A stretch of 63,489 nucleotides of DNA, counting the filler, from Reticulomyxa filosa (taxonomy: Eukaryota; Protista; Foraminifera), in assembly GCA_000512085.1 (NCBI GenBank). It is 22 parts of 22 records of this genome, joined end to end, with 100 filler letters (N's around TTAATTAATTAA, not from the genome) between each part and the next. Parts side by side here need not be neighbours in the genome. Positions count along the whole stretch, not along the records: positions 17,680 to 27,721 come from ASPP01020081.1; positions 27,822 to 29,841 come from ASPP01020560.1; positions 29,942 to 31,860 come from ASPP01000003.1; positions 31,961 to 32,993 come from ASPP01043493.1; positions 33,094 to 35,175 come from ASPP01015737.1; positions 35,276 to 36,697 come from ASPP01027871.1; positions 36,798 to 38,688 come from ASPP01017131.1; positions 38,789 to 42,205 come from ASPP01004058.1; 14 more parts are not named here. The stretch is one strand, 5' to 3'. A program made the position numbers and the translations under genes. The notes under the pieces were generated by a model, which worked only from the letters and a program-made list of their open reading frames with translations, ran no database searches and was not told where the DNA came from. Positions 27,401-40,826 of the stretch are shown piece after piece (within the stretch, counting starts at the first letter, position 1; every line of letters begins with the position of its first letter).

Positions 27401-27426
27401 CGATACCTCTGCCAATGCTCAAATAA
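21470..27426 (+). CDS. Large (~1800 aa) pentatricopeptide-repeat-containing protein, probably mitochondrial
   Basis: Five exons (introns 21877-22025, 22606-22665, ~23187-23331, 26039-26146; three are phase-consistent). Basic, acid-poor N-terminus MLKMFSLKRFSQYK..RRK. PPR motifs EMHQYGVALNCDTFNNLIRHC and MMDNYNISPNEDTYLLLLEHCRKHNHVKVAERII. Confidence 0.7.
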
Positions 27427-27821
27427 AAATCTTTTCAACACACAGTCTTTTCTTCTTTTTAGGCCTGAAATATTTTTTATTCTTGTTATTGTTGTTTCAG
27501 CATTGACATGATTGATATTAACTTTTGCTAGTAAATAAACAACCTAAATGCTTACAAATCACTTTCTCTAAATTTAGCATTTTCCAAAGAACATAAAACA
27601 TCAAAGCAATCTATAATTCATATCTCACCATTTTTTTTATTTATGGAAAAATTATACGAAAACAAGCAAATTTTATCACTCTTCACAAGTTTAATTTGAT
27701 TGTGTCCAAAGACAAAGATCTNNNNNNNNNNNNNNNNNNNNNNNNNNNNNNNNNNNNNNNNNNNNTTAATTAATTAANNNNNNNNNNNNNNNNNNNNNNN
27801 NNNNNNNNNNNNNNNNNNNNN

Positions 27822-28184
27822 TGATGATGATGAACAAGAGTCGAGCTTTTGAGGAGTTAGAAGCGAATGGGCGATATTATCTGCGGACATGGACCGAAGG
27901 GGCAATATAGGGAACTCTTCTGGAAGTGGGGAATCGTCCACATGCTCCGCGGGCGTTGGACGTGCATTGTCGTGCATGCGACTCTGGTCTTGTTTGTGTT
28001 CCTCACCGTCGTGGTCACTATCGTCGTCACTGCTGTTCCCACTGTCTTCGTCAATCGTTTGACGTTTGATCACGCGGATCTTTTGAATGGATTTGGGTTT
28101 GGTTGTCGGAGGTGTTCCCACTACATTCATTTGATCCGAAGAAAAGTCATATTTTTTGAGTTTGTCAATTGTGAATTTTTTCTC

Positions 28185-28222
<38 letters not shown>

Positions 28223-29841
28223 TATTGTCACTGTTACTGTCACTGCTATTGCTATTGGCATTACTATTGATCAATTGCTCTTGCTGTTGGACTGGAGGAG
28301 TAGCCACACCTGTGACGACCCTCTGAGTATTACTCAAAAGAGTCTCGTACTTTTCTTTGGGAATGCTCTTAAACATCCAACCCTTGACATCGACATGTTT
28401 CAACTGGTGACAAAATGTTGCCATTTGCGTAAAGAAGCTGACGTCGATGCATCCGCGATACTTTAGCCAAGAAAGACCACTGGATGGGGTCTCTTGATCA
28501 GATTGACTGCTTTGACTATCGTCGCGCATGGACGAAATTTTGAAGAGCGGCTTGTTCTTCTCCGACACATAGACGGGTTGTATGTCAGCTCCGGCTGAGC
28601 TGCTGTCGTCGCTGTTGCGATTCTGTCGCGAGGCCTCGTGTTTGGAAGGGTCAAAGATTTCATTTTGATGTATGCAGCAGCAACTAAAGGCTTGCAATGT
28701 CGAGCCGACTTGTTTGAAGAATGAAGTCCAGTCCATTTGCAATGTATACGTGACACAGTCTTTGTCCGTGGAAGACGCCGTTGGATTTGAGCTAAAAAAG
28801 CGATAATCTTCGGTGGATATCACAAAAGTGAACGAGAATTTTTCAATGTGCGAAACGAGTTGACTTTGGTCCAGTCCATTTGTCCGATATTCTGACTGCG
28901 AGATATCCCCACTGACAAGTCCAATGTATGCAAGCCAACACAGAAATTTTCCAATATAGGCGCTGCGATGGAGTTGTCGAGAAGATGGCATTGTCTCAAA
29001 GGAGATATCTGATAATAACAAATCATATATATATATATGTATATAATGTATATATATGTTATATATATGTATATGTAATACCAATTTGTGATTAGCACAA
29101 AGAGACAGTTGCTTTTTTCCCAATGCGTAAAATAAGTCATTGGAATAGCCGTGACATTCGACAATGGACAGATGACCCAAATGATGACTGAGCAGTTTAT
29201 TGAATGGTTCCAATGCTTTGTCACTCACACGACATCTCTTCAGTGAAATGGTCGTGATTGTCTGTTTGCAATAGCGTGCTAAAACAGCCAGCATTGGATC
29301 GATAAATTCTTCTTTCCCTTTTATTTGTTTGCATACATAAATGAGACCAAAAAAAAAAAATAAAATATATATATATGTATATACATATATATATAACCAA
29401 CCAATAAATCTGAGATTGGAGGCAGTAAACGTATTCAAAGCAACACAAGATGCAAGCCATTTCAAATATTGATTGTAATGTTTGGTGTGGATGACGATAT
29501 TGGAGAATTCGATCGATTGAACCAACGAGCAGTTTCTGGGCATTAACATGGTCAGCAACGTCAAAACTTTTTTGGACATGGCTTCGCTTTCCGTCTCCAA
29601 TAAATAGGGATGAAGTGAGCCGTGATGCAGTTTCAGTTTCTTCAAATGGCCAAAGTACTCTTGCGGAATTGCTTTTTTGAATAGTTTTTGGCTTTGCTCG
29701 TCTACCACAGAGTCCAAAAACATTTGACACACGTCGATATTGTTGATGATCAGACATTCTATGCGACATAGCAACTGACGCATGGTATCGATTTGTTTTG
29801 ATAGCAATAGCCAATGCATCAATTCTTTTTTTTTTTTTTTT
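27822..29841 (-). CDS. LRR (FBXL/RNI-like) protein fragment with a low-complexity C-terminal part
   Basis: LxxLxL units (LKKLKLH, ITTISLKRCRVSDKAL, LGHLSIVECHGYSNDLF, LKHVDVKG). The 682-aa ORF reads through two TA-rich introns (~29318-29401, ~29010-29100). Partial at both ends. Confidence 0.6.
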
Positions 29842-31019
29842 NNNNNNNNNNNNNNNNNNNNNNNNNNNNNNNNNNNNNNNNNNNNTTAATTAATTAANNN
29901 NNNNNNNNNNNNNNNNNNNNNNNNNNNNNNNNNNNNNNNNNATTTTTTCATACAAGAACAAAACAGATATATTCTTTTGTGTGAAAAGCGTAGATTATTT
30001 TAAGATCAATTCCGGTCTTTCTACGACGTTTCTACACTAATAGGAACAGCAATAAAAAAAGTTGTGCTTTAGATGTGTTTTTTGAGCTGCGTCATCATTG
30101 TGCCGAGTCTGGAGAAGAATATTTTAAATCGCTTCCACGTTTATTTTTTACAAGAGAAAGATTTGAATGTGACAAGTTTTTTTGTTTTTTTTTAAATGAT
30201 TTTCAGTTTGCTGTAGTTTCTGATTGATTATGTATTATAGGGAAAACATTAAATTGGAACAATTTTGTCATTTTTATGGAAACCTTTACAATACACAGCT
30301 GGTAGATCTCATGGTTATTTATCTTTATTATTTTATTTTATTTTATTTTTCAACTGTATCCTCCAAACAAATAAATAAAAAATTAAAAAGACACTTGTAA
30401 CAAAGTTGCAGTCATGATACACTAATTCAATTTCAACATCTTCAACAAGTAATCTTTAATAAAGTGATTGACAACAGGCATTTATTTGATTGATATAAGA
30501 CAAATGGTAACACCTGTCAATTGAGCAGGTGAGCTGTCGTAGTTGCGCGATGGATTATGCACTCACTGCTTGTGTTCACTCGCTAGGCAATCATGGTAAT
30601 GTCATAAGTACAAATTTAATCGATCATTCAGTGTGATCAACTGAATCACAAGCATCTTCACACATGCTCTCCAAGTGCAAATATTCGCAGCTATCACAAT
30701 CGGAATAATCGCTTAATGATGAACATGATGAATTTTTTCGCAAACATTGGGTGTGTCATTCACACAACATGTATCTTTGCCATACAATTCATATTGTCAT
30801 TGTCAAAGTATTGTCGCTTGCCAGTGTTAACTTCGACTTCACAGATTCATTCTCAGTCTAATTCGGTTGTGAGTCCATCATGGTTCTATGTCTTTGGTCA
30901 CAAAGTCAAAGAAACAAATCACAATTGCAAGAAATTTCTCCAATGGCACTGGAACTTTGTTTGGATTGTTGTTCAAAATGAACTTCTGATGTCACACAGA
31001 TTTGATCCAAAAGTCAAAT

Positions 31020-31790
31020 TGGTTCCACTTGGCTATAGTCATTGTTATTGATTTGAAGTTACTTCGTGTCCAAGTATTTAAATGCTATTCATAAGCATCG
31101 CAATCACTCACTTGCAAATTCGTGATACGTGCGATCAATCTCGCCTTTGTGGATTTGCGTGGTTGGAATATCCGAGTCCATGAAATTTACGAAAATATGC
31201 GATGAGCATTCCAACAACGATTCGATAACCCCTTTTACCAACAACCATCCTTTGCGTGTCGATGACTGTATCACAAACACACTCATACTTGTAAACTCCA
31301 ATACGTATTCTATGATCATTTGATAGTTCTAATACAAATGCACTGCATTGTAAACGAGTTCTTTTTTTGCATCAGGCAAGTGCAATTTCTCCACTAATAC
31401 TTTTAATACATCTTCTGCTGGCTCTCTGGTTTCGTGCCAATGAATAGTATCATTCTACATATGCATTTTTATTAATTAAAAAAATTGACATACATTACAT
31501 TTATATATATGTATTGTGTATGCAATGTATATTTAAAAAAACCGTAGTAGTAATGAAAAGAAAATCGACAAGACCAAAGACGAAAGCGAACAAACTGGGC
31601 TTCGCTTTGATGATGAAGGACTTTTGTGCAGTAGTACGTATGCCAAAGGATCTCTTTCACTTTGGTTGTAAGACTCACTTTGTATATCATTAGTACTATC
31701 AACGTCACACTTACTGATGTTATTATCAACACCAACACTATTATCAATCCGCGTTTGTACGAATACATTGTATCGAAGAATGTTTCATAA
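31020..31790 (-). pseudogene. SERCA-type (P2A) P-type ATPase N-domain pseudogene
   Basis: EPAEDVLKVLVEKLHLPD, VLEFTSMSV (RDRK missing), LLVKGVIESLLECSSHI, FASE*LRCL*IAF, SQVE.NLTF; in-frame stops and deletions. Confidence 0.72.
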
Positions 31791-31960
31791 CTTCTTTTTT
31801 TAAAAAAAAAGTTCATGACGATCCTACTTTGCTCCTTTCCCCTCCCTACCCTTTTTTTTTNNNNNNNNNNNNNNNNNNNNNNNNNNNNNNNNNNNNNNNN
31901 NNNNTTAATTAATTAANNNNNNNNNNNNNNNNNNNNNNNNNNNNNNNNNNNNNNNNNNNN

Positions 31961-32900
31961 GTTACCTCTGCATATGAATGCATTCAATCTCATAATGACA
32001 CCCCGAATTAAGCCATCATATGGACCGTCAAGCGAGAGGATTGATGATGTTTGGTAAATCTTTTCTTACTATCAAAGAATCTCTCAATACATGGAATAAC
32101 TTTAACAACAACAATATTATGCGTAGAGAGTATCTTATTCTCCTTCATACCATTGCAATACGCCGACACAATTTGTTACAATTTAGTGCAATCAAGCACT
32201 GGTGATGAGCTCGATGAATTAAGCCAATATCGGTCAGTGGTAGATAATATATTTTTTTTATACATTTCTTCATTGTGCTCATACACAAAACTAAAATTTG
32301 TTAACATCAATCATGTTCGCAAGGAGGGGAAAATAAAAAAAAAGGTTTGAAAAAAATCAAGAAATAATGCGATAACGGAACAAGTGCTTATTCTGATCTC
32401 AATCGTCTCAAAAACAAACAAAAAATATCACGTGGTACCAAGAAGAAAAGAAATTGATTTAACGAAAATTGGCTGTGCACTCATTCACCACTTGACACAA
32501 CTATGGAATTGGAATGTTTTAATCAAACCAAACAAAAATTATTGGCATGGAAACGAAATAAAAACTGAGCAAAGAAGAAGATGATCGACAATATGTTTTA
32601 AGTTTTTTTAAGATTGAAAAATTTTGAAATCAATGTGAAATATGTTAATCATCATTGCAATGAAGCCTTTGAAGAAAATGAAAAAATAGTCGATAAGCTG
32701 CTCCATCGATTGTCACAACATTGAAAAAAACACATGCTCTCTTATGTTAATTGTTACGTGGAAACGTCAATACACATCAAATACGTTTACAATCACTATA
32801 CTTCGGATTAAGAGTAGTGGGTGACAAACTTTATTGTCGAAAAGAAGTTCCCAAACATTGAGATTCGTAAATTGAAAAAATTATTGTTTGATACAGATTA
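31961..32900 (+). pseudogene. Degenerate gene fragment of an expanded family, function unknown
   Basis: Coding-like composition with interrupted frames (YECIQSHNDTPN*AIIWTVKRED**..CVESILFSFIPL); no assignable domain. Confidence 0.3.
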
Positions 32901-33093
32901 ATATCATTCCACTTTCTCATGTTTTTTTACTCTTTCCTTATTTTTTAATCAATCATCATTCTTGTTATTGTCTATACGCAAAGCACAATATAANNNNNNN
33001 NNNNNNNNNNNNNNNNNNNNNNNNNNNNNNNNNNNNNTTAATTAATTAANNNNNNNNNNNNNNNNNNNNNNNNNNNNNNNNNNNNNNNNNNNN

Positions 33094-33122
33094 AGTATCT
33101 ATCCAAACAAACAAAAGCTTGA

Positions 33123-33154
<32 letters not shown>

Positions 33155-33904
33155 AAAAAAAAAAACAACAAAGTGTTATCAACTGTGTCATTAAGAGTTG
33201 TTGCAATTGCTTGAGCGCCTCTTTGCTTAAGGAGTCCTTGGTTACTTCTTGTTTGTTCAATGCGATCGACAGTAACAAATCGAATCCGAACCAACACTCA
33301 TTGCCTTTCTTTGGTTCCTTGTTGTCCATTTTCTGTTTTATCAAAAAAAGGGTATATATGTATATATGTATATATATACAATTTCTTTTTAATTGAAAAA
33401 AAAAAAAAAAAGAGACAATCTGCAACGAAACTACTTCCAAAGAAAACTGGCGTATGAAATCCAAGGTTTTGTCATCGATTGCACTGGGATGCTCTCGAAA
33501 TTCTTTTTCCATCATTTTCCACAGCTCCACACACTTTTCATTTTTTATTTTTTATTTTTAAAAAAAATAAAAAATAAATTCCTCCTCTTTCGAGATGCAA
33601 TATAATGCAAAAAGACAATTATATATATATACATATATATATATATAAACAAATACTAAACCATGGCGGAGGACAACTTTCGAACTAAATACAATAAAAT
33701 CTTTCGAAAGGCGGAAAGCAGTGTGGAGAAACTGCGAGTGACTTGTCTCCACATGTCGCCCAAATCAAACTTGCTTTTGTCTTTGCCGTTGCATGTGATG
33801 GCATCTCGATTTATCAAAAACTCGAGCACCGGAGATAAGATTTCCATCGTCGATTGATCCGTGGACAATCGAAGAGGGACCTTTTTTTTTTTTTTTATTC
33901 TTTA

Positions 33905-33946
<42 letters not shown>

Positions 33947-35175
33947 TCATTTGATCCATGTACAAACACATAATAATAAAACACTTGTGCAAGAACAAAG
34001 AACAAAGAACAAAGAACAAAGAACAAAAAAAAAAACTTCTTTTTGAATAATCCACGAAGTAAGGAACATTTGTTCGGAATCACTTTTTCCACTGGCGAGG
34101 GTGGCATTGTATTTTAAGTTTTTGCGCTTTGCTCTGGAGGAGGCCGTAGCTCGGTAGCCCTCGGCATCGGATAAGGGATTCTTCTGCCAGCGGATTTGGT
34201 CGATCAGCGTGCACAAATGAGATAAGCCCTCCACACGCAATTGGATTGTGTTGTGGTTCAATAATTTGTCAATCACGTTTAACCTTTGAACAATCCCACG
34301 ACCAGCATATATACATATACATATATATACATATATATATATATATGTATATATATAAATATATAACTAAACTTGATTTGCAAAACATGCTCGGATGGAA
34401 AGAGATCGGAGGAGAAAAGTATGTCATTTTTATAAAAGTAATTCAAGCAATGAAGGAACTGTTGCCAATGCCTTTGATTGGTGCGACGATCAAACGTGTT
34501 GACATCGATAGAGTCGCTCCATTGCACGAGTAGTTTCGACAGCGATTGGTACATAGCGCGCACGGACGACGGCATCACAAAGTTGCGCAAATGCGTCAAA
34601 AACGCGAGTATCTCATTGCACGTGGCTAAGGACACCACGCCCGTCTATTTTTTTTTTTTTTTTTTTTTGCAATAGATGCGACGGAGTATAGGTGGTTGCA
34701 AGATATGACAAAAGTGTGATGGAATAAAAAAAAAAAAAAAAAATAACCAAAGAAAATAAGTGAAGGGTCGATCGCAAGCCATAGTCGATAAACTTTTGAA
34801 TGCAAAACAATTGAAAGAACGAGACATGCTTCTGCTGTGCGGCCGAAGGTGGATTCAACTGTCGATTGGCCAAGTCGGCGGAAAAGTAAGACCATTGTGT
34901 CGGAATGGTATACTTCTTGTGATACAGCCACAGGCTATTGCTTCGATGCTTTCCTCCATGGTGATGGCTGTGATGATTATGATTATTGTAGTTATTATTG
35001 TTATTATCATTGCTGTGATGATATTGAAATGGCAATTCCACACTCTCTGTTCCATTGCTCAATCTCACGAATCCCAACATATGCGACAACGCACGGATTA
35101 TCTGATTCCAACACACATTTTTTATCAACACTTTGTAAAACCCCCTTTTATCTTAACTTTGCTTTACAACAATTG
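33094..35175 (-). CDS. Internal multi-exon fragment resembling the N-terminal alpha-solenoid of USP9X/USP24/USP34 deubiquitinases
   Basis: KLLNHNTIQLRVEGLSHL..LI, ILSPVLEFL..DMW, IDDKTLDFIRQFS, WFGFDLL follow the pattern of that family; the catalytic domain is not present. Confidence 0.5.
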
Positions 35176-35275
35176 NNNNNNNNNNNNNNNNNNNNNNNNN
35201 NNNNNNNNNNNNNNNNNNNTTAATTAATTAANNNNNNNNNNNNNNNNNNNNNNNNNNNNNNNNNNNNNNNNNNNN

Positions 35276-35285
35276 CCCCCCCTTT

Positions 35286-35318
<33 letters not shown>

Positions 35319-36203
35319 GGTAATAATTTCGAAATTACTGAGAGAACTTTCTTGTCCTTTATAATGTTTGTAACATAACCTGGTGCGACACTATCATCAA
35401 AATATTGCTTCCACCATTGATATCCTTTCCACGTAATGACCTCTCGATTAAATACATTGTAATAGACAATGGCCGATTGCGGTATCAAGTCTCCAAAAAT
35501 ATATCTGTTAATGTATCCTTTTCCTAGGTATTCAAAGTCTTGCGCGGTGGTAAAGTAGGTCGCATTAATTATGAAGCATGCAATCTTTGCCGCATATTTA
35601 TCATTCGCTATGTGACAAGTGTGTATGGTCGGAGAATTTTATTCTTATTCTTATTGTTAAGAGAACTTTAGATTGCGAGGTGAACGAGGGAAGGAAGACA
35701 AAAAAAAAAAAAAAGGCCATGATTGAATGTGTCAAACTGGAAGCTCCCAATGAACCGATGAATCGTCCATCGGCTTCCAAAGATACTACTGTTTTGGTAC
35801 CCCACCACGCCGTGACAAAGGAAAATGTTACTGCCTAGCAATATTTTTCCATTTTTTAAACAATTTTTTGCTTTCACTTCTTTCTTTTGTTTGCTTTGCG
35901 ATAAACGTAGAATCGAAACACCAAAAAAAAAAAAAAGTCAACACATTCTCAACAATGTAATTATTGCTGTTTAGTCCTGTAACAGTCCCATTTAAAGTTC
36001 GCACGTCCGATCCATACGGACCCCACTCAAGTGTGACAACAGGAGGGGTTACACTTGGAGCTATAGTGGCGAAAAAAAACAACCCTTGCAACTTTAAGCT
36101 TTTGAAATTTGTATATATCAATACCTGGAGTTGGTGATGCCAGATTTCCAATGCATGAAATCAAATAAATAATTATTGTGATTGCTCTTACAATTGAAAA
36201 CAT
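35276..36203 (-). CDS. Secreted protein resembling the N-terminus of bacterial GH16/ConA-like proteins (3' partial)
   Basis: Signal peptide; phase-consistent introns 36061-36124, 35835-35953 and 35608-35737. Spliced product ..GPYGSDVRTLNGTVTG..YIAVTFSFVTAWWGTK..LEADGRF..GASTNDKYAAKIACFI..ITWKGYQWWK..VAPG. Confidence 0.62.
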
Positions 36204-37059
36204 TTTCTTTTTACAATCTTTAAATTTTTGTGCTAGTTTGTCTCCCACACGTTTCTAAAAACGTTTTGACAATTCTTTGCGTCTTACAGGAAAAGACATG
36301 TATGCAGTTGAATAATACAAAGAAATGGCGAGAAGTGAGCTTTAAAAAATCGTACATCAAATTGTAGTTTTTAATCCATTACTGATCACATTAATTTTAT
36401 GAAAAAAATTTTCTTTTATTCTTAATCATTGCAAAATCGCGGTCCAAGTACAATACAAGTCAAAAATCACTCTATAACTAATCATGAAATCAAGACTAAC
36501 AAAGCCAATGATGGAATTAAAAGTACATTTCGCTGTCTTTGGAAATGAATCAGGTAGGAAGCGCACAGGCAACGTCAAATGTAATACGAAAGTTGTTACT
36601 GAATAAGTGTCCAAGAAAGCAAAAAGTATTTGAATAATAAAGAAATGGCCAACACGTGAGAAAGACTAAGAAAACAGAAAGGTTAAAGAAGAGTGAANNN
36701 NNNNNNNNNNNNNNNNNNNNNNNNNNNNNNNNNNNNNNNNNTTAATTAATTAANNNNNNNNNNNNNNNNNNNNNNNNNNNNNNNNNNNNNNNNNNNNCAA
36801 ATGGGGAAAAATGTAAAATAAAAGTGGGAAAATTAATTTTGAAAAATTTTTATTTAAGAGAATTGAAGAAAATAAAAAAATAAATGAAAAAATGCAAAAA
36901 AATGTTAAAAATAAAAAAAGTGTTGAAAAATTTTAAAAGAAAAATAAAATAAAATAAAGATGATAATGAAAAAAAAAAAAAAGATTCAAAAAAATGCAAA
37001 AGAGAAAAAGATAGAAAAAAAAGCGAAAAAAGAAAAAAAAGAAAGGAAAAAAAAATAAG

Positions 37060-38140
37060 TACGTACCACGTTGGGTTTGTTTGAAAGAAAAAACAACAAG
37101 TAGGCCGTCTTAGTTGAATTTGGTGAAATGATCTTTATGCCCAGAAACAAGCAAATTCGCACTCGAATCATTGTAAATGTTCACATCCATTCGATCAGAC
37201 CAAAGTATGTTTCTTATCACAACGGAGACAAGAGAAGATAAGCTTGTAGTTGGAAAACAGTGCGATATGTAGTTGGAACAATTGGCAAGATTCTGTCAGA
37301 TCAATCGCAGAAAAATCTAGACCTTGGTGCCGCCAAATAGGAAAGCAAGCTCCCAATAAGAAAAAAAGAAGACCATAATATCATGCAAAGCAAAAACGAG
37401 GGACATTATGATGCAAAATTGGTTCAATTTAGTGCGAAACTCACAGGATAAAAGGAAAAAAAAAATCAACCAGTCGGCATGCTTTATTGACTTTGCGTGA
37501 ACGCAAAAAGCGATTCCATAACCAAAGTCGCCAAGAACTTGCTTGTCATCAACGTAGGTAATATACAAGTTTCTGGTTTACCATGCCAACAATTGTCCGC
37601 AAAGATTGCCGAACTGAGGCTCCAATGAGCAAGGGAAACTCAACCAGTATGGAAATGGCGCTAATTTTATAAACGGATCACAATAATCGAAACAAAGATA
37701 TTGGACAACCATATCAAAACTGGTCGTGTGCGTGCGCATATGCGCAAATTTAGATTTTGAATCATGCTCGTGCTAATTGGAGAAATTGTAAGCTTGCGGG
37801 CAACCTTAAGGATTGCTAATTTGTGAATATAGAGTTATTATTGTATTTTCTATCTCCATCACTACAAGAGCTATATACCTTGCGTTCGTCAAAAGAGCGT
37901 ATGTGATTTTTGCTGAACTGTCTCCGGGATCGATTATTGACTACTGGCAACGTGTTGAACGGCAATCAAGAAAGCAAGCAAGAAGAATGACAGCGAATAC
38001 GTAAAAGAAAGGAAATACAAATGATATCTTCACTTATCGGATTGTCAATCCAAAAATTATTGAATGGACGTATGTTGATTGATGCAAGAATATCCAATAA
38101 TGACAGTCATCCAAGGTCAAAGTGTGTATCTCATTACAAT
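37060..38140 (+). pseudogene. Decayed copy of the same multi-copy family as 12830-15672 and 54600-56460
   Basis: Shared blocks such as CAAGATTCTGTCAGATCAAT..AATCTAGACCTTGGTGCC, AAAACTGGTCGTGTGCGTGCG and ATCCAAGGTCAAAGTGTGT. Confidence 0.65.
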
Positions 38141-38788
38141 TATGACAATAGCAAATGAATTTGGTATTTAGACAATATCCATTGTATATATTGGTTATCC
38201 TCCTTTTTCCAAGGGCGAAGTTATTGGCATTAAACTAGATTTGTCTTTTTTAGAAATAATTTTTTTATATGAATATGATATTTTGTCTTTTCTTTATAGA
38301 CTTATGCATTCCTGGTGCTCATGCCTGTATGTACAACAAAAGAGAGGTCTTTTTTATCTTATTTTTGTTGTATATATAATATTTGCTTAAAGTTAAAATA
38401 TATGTATTAATTTAGAATGACTTGATTCGAGTGTAAAATGTAGTGTCCCAAAAGAAGAGGTATTTTTGTTAAACAAAGTTCAATTACCACTATTCAATCG
38501 ATTCTGGAAGTGGAAACCACAGCGACGACGAAAGGGAAGAAAGCAAAAACAGCATTGGACAACGAGTGCAGGAAAAAAAAAGTTAATCTGACCATATTTT
38601 TTTTTAAACGATATGCAATGCTGGACTTTGAAATTTGGAAAAATAGAAAATACAATAAATTGTAAAAGATACGGACGGAGAGAACGTANNNNNNNNNNNN
38701 NNNNNNNNNNNNNNNNNNNNNNNNNNNNNNNNTTAATTAATTAANNNNNNNNNNNNNNNNNNNNNNNNNNNNNNNNNNNNNNNNNNNN

Positions 38789-40438
38789 TTGTTGTTATTA
38801 TTATCGGTTGTGTTATCAGTAGAATCATCCTTTTTATTTGTTGCATCGTTGGAATTGGACTGTTTAGTATCAACCGGATCGTCTTGATCATTGTCATTAT
38901 CTTTGGCTTCGTGTCTGACAGTTTGAGTGTACTCGTAATATTTTTGCAAGACTTCGCTCGTTTTTAATTGCACGATGAGTTTGAGCAAAGCCTCTTTTCG
39001 TGTGCGCAGAATGTCGTACCACAAATGCTCTGGCGGCTCGTCCAACTGCAGCAAGTGTGAAGCCAATTCCAATTGCTGTCGCGCCGAGGCATTGGGTTGT
39101 ATCATTTGATACTTTAGATTTTGTTGCAAGTTCTCCATAATCTCTTGAGACTCAGTGTTGATATCACGAAACGATTTGATATGGCCATACTTGCGCAGCA
39201 GACTTGTTGCCATCTATCCAAGTCACACATATCTTGTGTCTTGTCTGCAACAGTCGTACAATACATACAAACCTTGTAATATTTTATCGCCTGTCCATAC
39301 GACTTTATTTTTATGTTTTGTTTCAATCGTTGAGGCAAGTCAAATAAAAATTCCAATTGTTTTAACAAGTCTCGAACTCTGTTCACACACACACACACAC
39401 ACACATATAAAATGTATATATATACATATATGTATTATATAATGAAAAAGACATACCCCACCAATTTTTCAATTTCAGCTCGATTGTTCTCAAAACTGGA
39501 CTCCAGTCGATTGGACGCTTGTTCGATGGTCTTCATGTTGTCCATTAATCGATTCATTTCTAATTCCATGCTTTCCACTTGTCCTTTCATTTCGCGTATC
39601 GTGTCTGTCGCACTTATGAACTTGTTGTAATTGTCGTACACCATCATTTGCATTTCACTATCCAATGCCTTAATGTCACGATTCAAGTGATCCGAAAATT
39701 CTGCCAATTCTCTGTTCAAAAAAAAAAAAAAAGGGTATACGTAAATAAGAGTTCGAAATTCAAAAGGATAATAGATCATACGCGACAGTTTTATCGGCGA
39801 CTTGCTTCTTTGTGAATAATTCAACGCTGAAATGTTTCGACGAGTAATCTGTTGCAATGGTTTGTGTAACTCAAAAACATATCCTTTCATTGCCAATAAA
39901 AGATACCATGTTATAAAACTTAACCGAACATATAATCCTCGCTTCGTGCAGACGGCGGTGGTGATTCTTTACGCTTTGCGCTGTAGTAGGATGATAGCAC
40001 TCCAGACACACTTTTTGCTAGGTCATATCTTTTGTCACTTCCCGTGCTTTGCACTGGGGATTGATCCATGTCATTACCAGAGTGAGAACTCTCACTTTGT
40101 GAAGTCGAACGTGACTTTGATGATAAAGACTTTTCTCGCCGTTCATGAGAACGACTTCGAGATACTCCTGGTGATGACCCTGTTGAGGTGCTTACGCTGC
40201 GCATTCGCTCGTGCTTTTGTGGCGTTATCTCACTATTTACATTGCTCTGACTCTTCCAACTGCTTCGGTGTGTTTTTTGTCCTTGTCCTCCTGCATTCAC
40301 TGGAGTCGAAGTACTCTTGTGCTGCTTGCCACTACTTGGAGTTTTCTCTTTCTTATCATATTTCTTCTCATCACTGTCACTCTCTGACGAAAAGCCCTCT
40401 AAATCAACCGAATAAATATTTGCCTCAGACATTGTCAT
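38789..40438 (-). CDS. VPS51: Vacuolar protein sorting 51 (GARP/EARP subunit), 5' part
   Basis: DIKALDSEMQMMVYDNYNKFISATDTIREMK; LLKQLEFLFDLPQRLK; LLRKYGHIKSF. Five exons; Ser-rich N-terminal extension. Confidence 0.9.
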
Positions 40439-40826
40439 TTGCGCAATAATCAATGCCAAATCAGTTTTATTCGTCAAAGGGACATTTTCAATCGTTGCGT
40501 GTTGAAATTCTTGCTCAACTTACAAGTTATATTTGATTTTAAGATTGTTATGACAACTTACAATAATCTCACATTGTTATCATTCGATTAATGAATTTTC
40601 TTATCTCAACAAGATAATGAGAAAAAAAACATAAATCTTTTCAAAAACTTAGTATCATTTTTCGATCTTTAATTGCTGAAAATAATTTCATTTTTCTTGT
40701 TTACTCATATTTTAGATAAATTATTTCGATAATACAAAAATATCGAATAAAATATATTTATAATATTATATATTTATATTGCATTATCGCACACTCATGC
40801 AAACTAATTCAAACAATTTTTTTTAG

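Noticed and set aside
17680-27721. PEPCK-GTPBP-PPR as an operon or functional cluster
   Set aside because: These are intron-containing eukaryotic genes with unrelated functions; co-orientation of three genes is unremarkable.
31329-31331. In-frame TAG/TGA codons as a sign of an alternative genetic code
   Set aside because: Intact genes end normally in TAA or TGA with no internal stops; these stops occur alongside deletions in pseudogenes.
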